Origin: Dipteris shenzhenensis
Lineage: Eukaryota
Strand: one strand, 5' to 3'
Length of the DNA: 64,000 nt
NCBI GenBank assembly: GCA_047967505.1
Contig: CM106538.1
Part shown: positions 50,470 through 63,220 of the stretch, piece after piece
Position numbering within the stretch: the stretch's first letter is position 1
Layout of the letters: each line of letters opens with the position of its first letter
Program-made: the position numbers and the translations under genes
Notes under the pieces: generated by a model
The model's database searches: none
Told to the model about the DNA's origin: nothing
Seen by the model: the letters and a program-made list of their open reading frames with translations, nothing else

Positions 50470-51283
50470 GTGAGGAAGTAATCTTTCATGTTTGAACAAA
50501 TCGTTGTTTTAACAAACTGTATTTAATTGAGTTTATGACTCTGATGGAATTTGCACAATTCTCATGGGATTGTTGTCCTACATATAACATGTAAATAGAG
50601 TCGTTTTCTTAAAACTTGGTCTTTTTTGTAGCCTAAGGGATCACATGTTCTAAACCTTTAAGTCAAGAAATGGGACATAAGTAACTATCTTGACTTCCGG
50701 AATCATATGTAATGGGAGGATGGGTCAAGCAAGCTGCTGAAATTTGAATTGTGGCATTTATGCTTTAACTGTTTCCTGACCTATTTGTGCAGCTCATATC
50801 GACTGAAATTTTGGGGGCTTTTAAGTTGCTCTTGTAAGATGGGTGGTTAATTCATTCCTCCTTGTTTATTCATTGCAGTGACTTACTGTTGCAACTTGAT
50901 GTATGATGTTGACTTAAAATTTGGGCTCAATCTTATGTTTAATAAGAGATTAAGGTGCCTTTTGGAAGGAGGTATCTATTTGGACATGCTGACTCTTGGG
51001 TTGGAGGGGTTGATAAAGAAGGGTGATAAAGGAAGATGGTATACTCCTCTTTAAGAGAGTAGCATGGGAGGATTTCATTCTCTAGATCAGAGAAAAAGAT
51101 GGTTGGTTTGAGGATGAATTCCTGATCAGCGAGGCTAGTCTTTGGTACTCTTGGTCGAGAAGGGGGGACTGGTCAATAACCTCCCGTTTCTGTCCATTCT
51201 CTGTATACTCAGCCCTTCTCGCTTCCTTTCTCTCTATGCTTCATTATCTCCCTCTATGATCAACCTTGCCCTCTCTTATCTCA

Positions 51284-51323
<40 letters not shown>

Positions 51324-51326
<3 letters not shown>

Positions 51327-52643
51327 CTGCGCCTCCCTCTCTCCGCTTGCGTCTCCCCCCTAGTGCCTAGCTCCTCCCGTCTCCTTCCCGCCCCTGTCTA
51401 GCGGAGCTGCTGTAGTCACAACAGCACAGTACACAACAGCAAGGGGCGGCCCCCAGTACCAGCTCGCGGCGGTGGAAGTGTCAGCAGCAGCAGTTCGTCT
51501 CGAACTCAGGTCGCGCAGCAGGGTAGCCTTCTTTTCGCACATCATCAGGCTAAGAGAGGTACAAGAGCAACCTATCTTCAGCCCCCAGGCTGAGCTGAGC
51601 CCTGGTCTTTTAGAGACAGCGAGGGGCCCCCCAGTTATTTACAGGACATCATGGAGCCCCCAAAGGTGAAGACCTTTGTTTCAACCCCTATCAGAAAACC
51701 CTCCTACTCCGACATCGTAGCAACACCCGGTCCATACACACTGCATTAGAAGTGGAGGGTTGGCTCAGACAACATGAGCAGATATATTTTCTACAGCAGG
51801 AAGTAAGGGAGCTTAGACTTATGGTTGCAGCCCTCAGGAAGAAAGTGAAGGAGATGGAGAACAATGCCAAACAAGACATCATACACGAAGTACTACATGG
51901 AAACAGCACCTGCACCACAGTTGGTAACCAAAGTCCATGACATGGTTACCAATGAGGTCAAATCGATCAAAGAGGAAACCTCAGCAACAATGGACAGCAA
52001 AATCAACAAAAGTGAAGTATATGGAGAGGTGCAAGAACAAGAAAAAAGGACGTCTAATGCTCGATGTCTACGCATTGCAGGATTACCTGAAGATTGGCAT
52101 GAAGGGAGCCTGGCAGAAAAAATTGATAATATCATAGCAGCAACCCCTCAGATTGAATGGGACTTAAAGGATATAACCATTGTGGCTCCTATTGGGACAC
52201 AAGCTAAAGTGGTGTTCAACGACATGAAAGCAAGAATCAAGATTCTCATGCAAACAAATAAGTTGAGAGGCACCAAGGTATGGATATCAGAGGAGCTCAC
52301 CCCGATTCAGCTCAAGATGAAGTCCATAGAATTGAACAAAGTGAAGGACACTCGCAAAGAAGGGAAATGGGCTATCTACAGAGATGGAAAAGCACTTATC
52401 AAAGATTTTAAATCTAAACCCAAGGACTCACAGTTTTAAACTGATGTAATACAAGCTGACTATCTCACCTAGTATAATGTAGCTTATCTATAATAACTTT
52501 GGAAGTGGTTATATGCACTCCCAAGAGACTCTTAGTCTATAACTGATGTTTGGTGCTTACTCTTTTGGTGTGTGTGCTTTGGCTCATAGTCCCGCGAGGG
52601 CTTCTGAAGATGTTAATATATCTTTCTTTCTTTTTCTTTTTTT
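51324..52643 (+). mobile_element. ORF1-only non-LTR element, copy B
   Basis: GC-rich leader after (CT)n; coiled coil (LQQEVRELRLMVAALRKKVKEME) frameshifted to an RRM/CTD-like region (LRIAGLPE...KLRGTKVWISEELT..KWAIYRDGK); stop at 52439; short 3' UTR with stem-loop and (TTTC)/T tail; no ORF2. Confidence 0.8.
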
Positions 52644-52663
52644 CTAACAGCCTTACAGCCCCC

Positions 52664-52712
<49 letters not shown>

Positions 52713-52716
<4 letters not shown>

Positions 52717-54660
52717 TGCCATGGTTAGCACTTGCATCTTCTATGGAGTTGGCACGATCTGGGGCCCGATACTGCTGGTACTTCAGACTCACTAGGTGGC
52801 TCACATCTCTTGGACTAGACATGGATAGACTGCCTCCCTTCCGATACAGCATAGATGCCCCTCATCTCGAGTTGACTCGCCACGAGCTTAGCCAGGTCAC
52901 GAGAGCAGACTTGCTGCAGCTTCATACGTATCGCACTTGGATTTATCCCACGCAGCTTCCGACGAAGATGGCCACATATCGTGACCACTTCCTTCGGATC
53001 TCAGAGGATGGATTTGTCATTCCACCAGGCTATACAGGTATCCACATGTCCCACTCACTGAGGATTGCCCTTGGCCAGCTTAGAGTCTCTTCGCATCAGC
53101 TCGAGATAGAGGCTGGTAGGATGCGGCGCATGGAGGATGGACGGCGACCAGGCCGAGAGACCAGGATTTGCCCTTGTTGCACCATGGGAGAGGTGGAGTC
53201 AGAGGAGCACTTCATTTGCAGATGCCCGCTATATTATGAGCTCAGAGGTAGATTCCACTGTCTCTTCACGGATGGCTTTGGACCTCTCTCACGAGTGATG
53301 GACTACGAGGATCAGCATTGCCTAGCTCTTTATGTCAGGGAGGCCACTATGCTTCGACAAGACTACCTCAGAGACCATCAGCACAGACCGGAGCGTGATA
53401 GAGCCCAGCCTGATAGAGCTGAGGCACACGCTATACCAGAGGACAGAGACCAGGAGGAGCACGAGGAGGTCAGAGCTCACACAGGACACATGCCTCCACC
53501 CTGTGGATGTACATATGAGATGGTTTGTAGACGCCTCAGGATCTTGTTACATAGGGGACGTACTCGCCGCTTCATCTCCAGACGATCCAGGATGATGGCA
53601 GCTTTTCGGAGGAGACTTACTCATGGAGATCTCGCCCCACCAGCCGCTCACCTCACCTTTGCTCAGATTTGTACTCTCATAGTAGGAGGCAGAGTCGATG
53701 GACAGGATTTTCAGTATTATTTTGGTTCTCAGACTCCGTGACACCTGGACTTGTATCTTTGCATTGGCATATTATACTCATCCCCCCATTTTGCACCCAG
53801 GGGCGGTTTCCTTGCATCTAGTTTACTTTGTATTTAGGCTCAGATTTGACATTATGTACTTTCACTTGCATTGTATTGCGTAGCACTTAGATGATATTCG
53901 ACGATGCCTCTTCTTTGTGGCACGTTGATTTTGTGCTATCTTGTATGCAGAGTTCTTGATGTCCCATGGGCCCATTTTGGCCTTTAGTGGACAATAATAC
54001 ACTTTCTTTCTCTCTCACTCTGGGCACCTTTCCAAATTCCTCGCCTACCCAGATCAGAGATGCCTCACGGCCTTCATTCACGAGGGGGTCCGACACAGAG
54101 AGTACTTACTCAGGCGATGGGGCTTGGCCACACCATCAGACACCTCTTAGAGCAGGATCACAGAGTTCTTCCCATCAAGTGACATTGATCGTCTAGTCTC
54201 TAGCCGCAGACGTGACAGAGACCTCGACTCGACGATCGTAACACGACACACGAGATATCGAGGGGACACATAGATCACTCTGGGGAACCTCCCGTCATTG
54301 TTTAGACCCGGGATACGTCCCACGGGAGTCACGGTGGCGTTGGTCTTGCGTCGAGCCTCCTCCAGGAGAGTGACACACGGGACCCCTTGACAGACGCCAG
54401 CATCCCATCACCGGCTATGCACCAGCCAGGGCGACATGACATACAGAGGATTCCGTTCCGCTCCAATCTTTTTTCTTTTCATTGTCATACCCAGATGTAT
54501 TTGATTATGTATGATCAGACTTAGGATTCAGCACGGGTGATGATGCTCGTTTTAGTAGCTCCACCCTTACTGTGATTTGTATCAGGTTTTCTTTCAGTCT
54601 CATAGACCCATCGGTCTTCCGAAGACTCTAATAAAATTTCTTTCTTTCTTTCTCTCTCTC
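52713..54660 (+). mobile_element. 5'-truncated RTE/RTEX-like LINE (ORF2 C-terminus open for 341 aa, long 3' UTR, (TTTC)n tail)
   Basis: LRVSSHQLEIEAGR..RICPCC..VESEEHFICRCPLYYELR zinc finger; 3' stem-loop at 54596-54627. Confidence 0.8.
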
Positions 54661-54699
54661 ATTTGACTTTGCATCCGATTTCCTTATAGTACCAGAGTT

Positions 54700-55378
54700 G
54701 GATGCAGCTGAGCTTGGGATAGTGAGACATTTGGATGCTTCACACATCACAGGATATGGGCGACAACTACTTGTGATGGGAGCAGTACATGATCTGTTCA
54801 TATACAATGGTCTTTAGAGATGGCCATCATCAGAGGGACTCACTTGTTTCCCACACAGGAGGAGGACAAGCACAGTGGACTACCTGATGGGCATCCCACA
54901 TGTTGGTCTACATACATGTCCATAGAGACTCATGCTCAGTCTTATATTAGCACACCTATCCCCCTTCTATATCGCAGAAACATTGCCAGGATCCGTACCA
55001 GATCTCATACATTTGCCATTGAGCAGGGAGCTTGGATACACCAGCGCAAACATGCTAGAGTCTGTATCCTTTGTGACATGCAGACAATTGAGACGGAGGC
55101 ACATGTAGCTCTACAGTGCCCTCGATATGCACATATCAAGGAGGACTACCAACAGATACCGGGGGACTCCCCTCAGTTGACATTAGTTCTCTTCACTGCC
55201 TCTCCGACAGCATTGGGATCTTTTGTCACTCGTCTTTTTACCTGTCGTCAGGAACTCATAGACTCCTGACCCCTTTCCTTGAGGAGACTCTTTTTACGTT
55301 GTATCGAGACGGGTCCCATGGGTCATTTTTTGGCCCCCCGAGGACGCTAATAAATTCTACTTCTACTTCTACTTCTAT
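54700..55378 (+). mobile_element. Second 5'-truncated RTE/RTEX-like LINE, (TTCTAC)n tail
   Basis: RIRTRSHTFAIEQGAW..RVCILCDMQTIETEAHVALQCPRY; aataaa followed by ttctacttctacttctac. Confidence 0.8.
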
Positions 55379-55379
55379 C

Positions 55380-55751
55380 ACAGCTATCCTCAGAGGGGAC
55401 CGCGCGAGATGAGGGGTCACTCTGAACATAGCTTAGCAGGTTTAGAGATCGAGGAGATCATGCCTTACTCCGACGCCATAGTATGAGACAACCAGACACA
55501 GACTCAGATTCGAGACATTTTCACTGCTCACAGACGGCCACCACAGTGCCGGGTTTTGGGTTTCAGAGTTTCCAGTTCTTAGCCTGCTCCAGACAACAGA
55601 TAGCACATGATATGATATGATATTTTTATACATGTTTTTGCTTGAGCCATTGAGCTCTCTTCGTTCTAGCACAGTATTGCGCCCTTTAGTTTTTCTCTTC
55701 GGTGTCACTTTGTCCCATACGCCTGCCAGGCCTCCCATGGACGTTAATATT

Positions 55752-55782
<31 letters not shown>

Positions 55783-55803
55783 CTCTCTCTCTCTCTCTTT
55801 CTC
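55380..55803 (+). mobile_element. Third LINE 3' end with (TTTC)n(TC)n tail
   Basis: gtcc-cat..gcct-gcc-aggc..ggac stem-loop, then taatat and a microsatellite. Confidence 0.6.
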
Positions 55804-56101
55804 TGTTGACCATTCTCTCTTGACTCCCTTGGCTTTGCCCATACTCTTGGATCCCCCTCACATCCTCTTCAAACACCTCCTACTTGCTCCACTCCAAAGC
55901 CCCCTTGGCTCACCCGTACAAGCCTGAGATCCCCCTTCTCCTCTCCGACCCCCTCCCTTGGCTCACTTGTAGAAGCTCCAAGCACCCACAATAGCCATCA
56001 CTCACTTGGCAACCAACCATTACCATAGGCCTCTAATTCATTGGGATGGTCAATGATAGCGGCATGGGAGGTGTTAAAGGGAATCTGGAAGATCATTCAC
56101 G

Positions 56102-56440
56102 TGTACAAGCGAGGACTTGAAGACCTCTTGTATAGGGTGACGAGAAGAGGAGGGATGACTAGAAGACCTCTTGTATAGCTAACCAAAAGAGGGCTTGTAC
56201 AAGGGATTACGTGAAGACTTGTTCAGGGGTGGATTTGAAGAGACCTTGTTGAAGGGCTCACCTAAAGGCCTCTTGTATAGGGTGACCATAAGAGACCTTG
56301 TACAAGGGATGATAGAGGAGTTCTTGTACAAGGGACGACTTGAAGACCTCTTGTATAGGGTGACCAGAAGAGTTCTTGTACATGGGATGACCTGAAGATC
56401 TCTTGTACAAGGTGACCAGAAGAGACCTTATACAAGGTGA
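56102..56440 (+). repeat. Minisatellite, ~21-bp units (gaagacctcttgtatagggtgac / cttgtacaaggga)
   Basis: More than 12 degenerate units visible. Confidence 0.8.
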
Positions 56441-56441
56441 T

Positions 56442-58160
56442 TGTCATGACAAGAGAAACCACTAATCCGTGATTAGTAGACATTAGAACATTATTATATA
56501 TTATATGCCAATGGTGTAATAGGTATTTGTATTTATCATGGACATCGACCAAGTTGTTATGGTAGTGGATCATTTGAGTAGATAGGGCTAGTTGAGATGG
56601 AGCCACTGCTTTAGACAGCATTAAATTTTAGACATTTAACACTTATTCTATTAATAAAGATGTTGCACCCATGTGTCTAGGTCCTAGGGGCAATAGGAAG
56701 AGAAGGGTGCATTAAGGTGCATTGAATTGTAGATGCATGGGTGATAGGCTAAGGGATAGGTGTAAATGGGAAGATGAAACTTGAGTGAACTCAAGGGACA
56801 TTAATGAAAGGGTATCATGCTTCATTGTGAATATCACGTAGCATTCTTTATTCACCTCATTCATCCACCATCTCTCTCCCACCTTGCATTTAGATCGAAA
56901 AGAGAAACAAGCTCTCTCACGAGGGCGCTCTTTTCCCATTGGAGGGCCAATTGGCATTCAAATTCTGCATGCATTCTGCACATTTGCATTCTTGAAAATC
57001 CACATTTGGTATTAGAGTGGCAACAATCTACGATCGGGACAGGAAGAGGAAGAGACAGGTCAAGGGAGAGAGGCAACATGTGGGGTGAAGGCATGCACGG
57101 ACAAAGAGTGTACGGCCAGGGAGCGCACGGCACAGAGGCACAGACAGGCAGCGTAGCGCAAAGTAGAGGAAAAACGTACGGGCGACGGCGGGGGGGCACA
57201 CGAGAGGGCTTTGCACAAGCCGCACGTGCGACGGATGGAGAACACGAACCAATAAAGTCTGTTCGAGTTTTTGGATTCCACGATTTGCGAATTTAAATTG
57301 GCTTCAAGCCTTGCATTTCCGAAGCAAATCTAATCCGGGTACCTTTTTTCCAAGCGAACATAGAATTTCGGAGGGTCTAAGGTAAGGGTCTTCTCTAAAT
57401 TTTTCTCTCTTTGGACGAGGAACATGACATCCTAACAAGGTGACTCCGACACCTTGGTGTGAAGGAACCCTTAAAACCCTTAAACCGTGAGGAAAAGAGA
57501 CCCCCCTTTTTCTCCCCAACGGGAAGTCAGATTGGAACAAGATTTTAAGGGGGTGATCCACCCACCAAGTACCCTTAATAAGGGTGTCTAGAGCTCCAAT
57601 CCACTCATAACAAGTAGCCCAAACCGAGTATACCAGTTTACAGCAGAAAAACAAGAAGAAGAGCCCAAAAGAGAAGAAAGAAGAGCTCATTTCAGGCTGT
57701 TTTTTTGACACAAACAAAGCTAGAGTCGGATAAGTACCACCAAGTCTATAACACTTGATTTTTGTTGTAAAATAAACCCCTCTTCTGAAATTACAGCAAG
57801 TCATTTTCTCCCTTGTATTACTAAAAGAAAAGAATGGAAGGGGAAGGGAGATTTAATAATGAACTTGTCCTTTTTCCTCCACTACCAAAAGGGGATAGGG
57901 AGAGAACACCGTCACCTCCTTCTGAAGAGGATAGTTTAGATGAGAGTTACACACATCTTAAATATGATAACCCACGAATAGAATTACCTTCGTCTCTCCT
58001 TCAAGAAACTCTTGATAGGGAGTTCTTCTTTAGAAATGAAGGGAGAAACAAGTCCATCCAAGAGAGCAAGGCGCTGAGTTTACGCCTTGAACTCAAAATC
58101 CCATACACATGGATTATAATCCAAGTGCAAGAGGAGAGAGGAGTCTCTTGTTGATAAGGT
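56442..58160 (+). mobile_element. 5' LTR + PBS + leader of a truncated LTR retrotransposon
   Basis: ...atccaca (57004) followed by tggtattagag (Met-i PBS-like); LTR start uncertain. Confidence 0.55.
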
Positions 58161-58199
58161 GGTTTCTCAGCTTAGTAAAATGATTGAACAGTCCATTAT

Positions 58200-61150
58200 G
58201 ACTAATACATCATGGCGTGCATGAAAAAAACTCCCCAAGAAGAGGTATAAAATGCCAAGGCTGAGACTGAAAATGCCATCTCAACTCTGTGGAAGACTCA
58301 GAGAAGAAGGGGGAGTCCCTCCATTCCCTGAGGAAAGCAGTCCTCCTAGCAGAAGTTGCTTGAGAGGACCCCTGCATACCTCCCCAGATGGCCATCAATG
58401 TATGTATAGTGTCTGTCCATATACTGGCCATAGTCTGAGAGGGGTGAACCTGGGAACCCTCCAATGCCTCTGTGCACTTGGCTCTCTAGATATGCCACGT
58501 TGATATACTTGCTAGTATCTCCCAAGAAGAGTCCACCGAGGTATACACAACCCTTAAGGATGAGGTAGGAACATCGTCTAGAGAACGTGGCTCAATCAAG
58601 CGTCGTTTGATAGCTATAGCCCATGATGAGTCATGCCTCTAAAAGAAGACTTGAGGTCCCGAAAGGGAAAGCCAAGCAATTGAGCCCCAAGTCATGAAGA
58701 AGGGGGAATGTGCAAAAGAGCTGAAAATCCTGACAACCCCCTTCCATATAACCATTGCCTGTCTAAACAATGTTGAATAGTCTCAATAGCAGCATGGCAA
58801 CGGGGGCAAGTAGGATCAGCCCCAAACCTGGATCTCCACAGGTTCACTACAATCCCAACATGAATAGAAAGCCAAAAAATTCTATTCCTGTGGGATTTCC
58901 AGAGTTTGCCGATCAGCAGAAATATGAAGGGCATCCCAATGAAGAGCTCTAGAGGGCCTCCAATCTCTACAGCTGAGCTGAAATTTCTTGGCATTACGAA
59001 CCGTGTAACGAAAGAATGGGAGGTCCACTTCCACTCTCGTGGGTCCCATTGCAGGAACTTTATGGGTACACCTCCATAAAGCCATAGTCTTGAAAGGCCG
59101 ATGGAAATGAGAAGAGAGTCAGGATCCATGTAATACTAAAAGTGAGAACCAATCTCCACATAGCCTACAATCCTAACGGGCGGAAACGCTCTCTCTAGCA
59201 AGATGTGATCTGAAAATCTGGACAGCCTACCTCCTGAAAGCACATCGAAAACTAGGGTATCCTCATGTGCACTTAAAATGCAATAACCTAAAGTGAAATG
59301 CCCGTACTAGAGAATGCTGCCATCCAAGTGGAGCAAGTGATAGGCTCGTCATCTGTCTCCATCCAATCCACTGCAAGGCTGCACTGATCTGCTGAATTCT
59401 TCCTACACTCCCTCTAAGATGACTAATCATCTGAGCTTTCCTACCCTCTGGAAGCTTTTTGAAATCTTTCCAGGCACCCACAGTGGAGGTAGGTTCCCTC
59501 TCCCGTGAAAATCCATTTGGTACTATCCATCCAGTCTCCTCCCGAAGACGGTGTGCATGACTGTATGCTACGAATGAAAAAGTCCTTCAATAGCTTTAGT
59601 CCAGGCGTAAGTCCCCTCACAACCATCTTGCACAGCAAGGCCTTACAGTGTAAATCTGGATCAATTATATTGAGACCCCTTCCGAAGTGGGGAGAATGAG
59701 AATCTCCCAAGTAACTCTTGATGTAACGTCATCTATGCCATCAAGTCCACTCCGTATAAAATTCCTTATCGGTCTTTAAAGCCGAGTGATGCAATCCCTT
59801 GAATGGCACCATCAAGAACACAGAAACCATGCCGTGGCCAAAAGGACCTGGCTAACCACGACTACTCTGGAGGCAAGGTCGAGTTTTATAGAGCCCCCAA
59901 AAAGGAGCTTTCTCCTTGTACTCTCCAACACCGAAGTGAACTGTTGTGTCGTAGAGATGCCCAAGCCAACCTGGCATCCCAAGTATCTGACAGAAACACC
60001 CCTCTCAATCCTAGTGAGACTTATGTCACTTCCCCAAACCGGAGTACCTCGTCATTGATCCAAAAGCCATTGGATTTATGCCAATTAATATGTGTCTCGT
60101 AGTAGTGCATAATAAATCCAATGATGTCTTAAAAGAAGTGAGCATATGTGGCGTGGCATCCACAAAAACAACAGTGTCATCTGCCAGCTCGCTGTCCAAA
60201 AGCTCCACTTCTTGTCTCAAGGGAAGTCTTAGCCCAAAAATATCAACTCGAGATCTAATTTAGATACTCATAGCTTTAGACACAAATAAAAAAAGAAAAG
60301 ATGCGAGGGGACATCCCTGGCAGCATAATAATATGAAGCTATGTGCAGCATGGCATCTGCATCTGTTTGGAAAATCATGATTCCTATACGAGTCAATGAG
60401 TTGCGAAACACTCTCTCTACTATGTCTGGGGTTAGGAGTAGAGAAGAAGTGTTCATCCGTGTCCAAAATGTCTCCCGGGCATGAAAGGCATACTCTGCTC
60501 TTTGATCAAGTAATATCTACAAATGAGCCCTTGTTTCAGCAAGGTGCTCCTGAATCCAAGCATCAGTAGGCCTACTATTGGCGAATACCAATATCCCATC
60601 TAAGAATCTCCGGTCTCCTGGCGGCCGAATGATAAAAGTCACTAATACTAGTTAGGGCTGCAACCATAAGTGAAGGAGATGGCACTCCACTCTGCATATG
60701 ACATCCATATCTGCAAAGCTGCCTCTGTGAGATCCTCCTCTGCATAAAAGGCATCTGGAATCCTAATGCTAGCTCACCTCAAGTGAGGTGCTGAAATCAT
60801 GAGTACTATCGGAAAGTGGTCTGAAGTAGAAACACCAGTGGCAATGTGTACTGACCCACCTCTGTCCAGAACCCACCGCTGTCTCCTGTTCGACCACGAG
60901 GATAGGAGAGACTGAGTCTTAGTGTGATAGGCATCATTGATCCAAGCATCTCTGCTAGTGAAACGAAGCAAGAAGGCATCCCAGGCTGCTCTCTCCCCTT
61001 TTTCATCAGAAGGCAACGCAACCATGTTGAATTGACCCCCAATGACCCATGAATATGCAATGGGGGCCCAGGAGAGCAACTCCTTTCATAAAAGGACGCA
61101 GGCGGTGATAAGGAAAAAAAGGAAAGACAACCAGGAATTATGTACTTCAC
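58200..61150 (-). mobile_element. L1-clade LINE ORF2, decayed with internal deletions
   Basis: EN (WVIGGQFNMV, SDHFPI), RT (QGCPL, LADDTVVF, RYLG) and zf (DPTCPRCHAAIETIQHCL). Confidence 0.8.
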
Positions 61151-62689
61151 CGCGTCAGATAGCTGAGACTTCATAGGGATCAGCTGCAACGTGGGCTCGT
61201 AGATGATGAGCTTATGAACCAGGTTCCAGAGCAGATATCGAGAGCACACAAATAACAAGTCAATCTCCCACACAATCTGACTAGAACACACACAGAGGAA
61301 CACACAGGCTCTTTGAAAGAGGGGAAAGAAGGCTTTGACTTGTTGTAGCTCTGTGTCAACCAAGAATTGTTCATACACCCAGTTGTTCTTTGTACGACAG
61401 ATCAACCACACATGATGTATCTACAACACCCCCTTCCAGCAGCTTGTATACGATAAACAGCTCGTACTTATGCTTCTTGTACGGAATCCTCATGCACAAA
61501 GAACCCCCAAGAATGCTAATCCATCGAGTCATCCCCTCCACCTATAAACTCATGAATCCTCAACGATCAAAGTCCCTATCATGACTTCCATTTAGTCACT
61601 ATTGCATCCGCACACAAACTGTATGTCATACTCAGAATTGTAAGCAGCCACATCACGAGTGCTTCCAGCAGCGACAACTCCCAATCTGTCTTCTGTTCCA
61701 GCTAAGCTCCCCCACGCAACCTGCACACTTGTGCGTGATTAACGGTAACAAATCCAGATCAGCCCGTTAGCTCTCCGCTCAGCTAATTGTCAGCCTGTCT
61801 CTTCACTTCCATACTACAGCTCTCCGCTCAGCTAACAGCCCATCAGCCCTGTGCTATTCATCACACCCCGTTGATAGCCCGTACACAGCCCAATCGCTCT
61901 CTCAGATTGTCACAGCCCTCCACACCCTGACGCACTGCTCTTGTACAACAATATGGAGCCGGTGAACCATCCGTTCATCGACCAGCAGATCCTCTCCTCT
62001 CTCCTTCTTCGCTTTCTTCCCCCCAACCTGATCTCTTCCGCTCATTCACGTTTTCCAGAACTCTCCAGTAGTGGCCATCCCACCTATCAGCCCACTCGTC
62101 AGCCAGAGCATCCCCCTTCCTTGATCACGTAGCCACCTTGCATGCATACATTCCCTTCCAGATTTTCCAGCCACGTCATCACGTAAAATTTACCACTCTT
62201 CCATTTAAAAAATGCAAATATCCCGCAAGGCACATTAAATGCACATTTTGGACCTTTGGTCACACAATTCACACATTAAGGCTTGCATGCACCCCTGTAC
62301 ACACACATGAAAAGCCCCTTAACATGGACACTAGAACATATCAAATTTCTGTAACATGCAAGTGCACATTGACTCTGGAAAATATAAAAAAACCCTTCAT
62401 GACTTGACTTTACTTGACACCAAAAACATTTCACTTGACCACACACTGGACACCCTTGCTCTGGAAGTCTGGTACAACCACATTGCATTTCATCATTTCC
62501 CATGAAGTCCCTGCAAAACATACTTTATTGTTTCAAAAAACTATACATTAGTCCATCATGCTTGTGAAAGAAAAATCCACAAAGGCCAAAAGCCCACACC
62601 TACCCTAGATGTGTACAACTATGTGCCTGCCCACAGCTATATACAGTGCTCAAAAACTTGATACAGGTTTTGTCCTATCAGCGGCATTA

Positions 62690-63220
62690 GGACATACAGC
62701 TAGACTCCTCTTAGAGCATGATCACTGAGTTTTTCCAACCAGATAGCACCAACCAGCAGGACTTACGGAGATGGTGGACTCGAGGACCCGATCTAGAGAT
62801 ATGACAGACTCGCCAGCGGACTGAGACACAAATTATGTTAGGGGACCTTCCCTCCATGCTCACAAGACCGGAGACATGACCCACAGGAGTGATGGTAGCG
62901 CTTGTTCGCCCCGCAGGGCCATAGCCATGACACCACAGCAGGCCACACATGCCGAAAGCTTTGATTCCACCACATTAGCCTCATACAATGACACCCCCTT
63001 GTCAGGATTGATGCCCCACCCACTCCCATCCTTTGAGGATAAATAGTTTTTCTCTCTATGTATCTATGCCATTATGATCATGATTATGGACTTTTTGTTT
63101 GTATTCATCATGGGTGTTGATGCCCACTACCCCTCAGATCGTCGTATCAAGTTCCTTTTAGTCTCATAGACTATTTGGTCTTCCAAATACTTTTCATTAA
63201 CTTTCTTTTTTTATTTTTTT
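62690..63220 (+). mobile_element. RTE/RTEX-like LINE 3' UTR fragment
   Basis: Homologous to 54140-54650 (ttagagcatgatcac..., agtctcatagacta..tggtct), T-rich tail. Confidence 0.7.
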
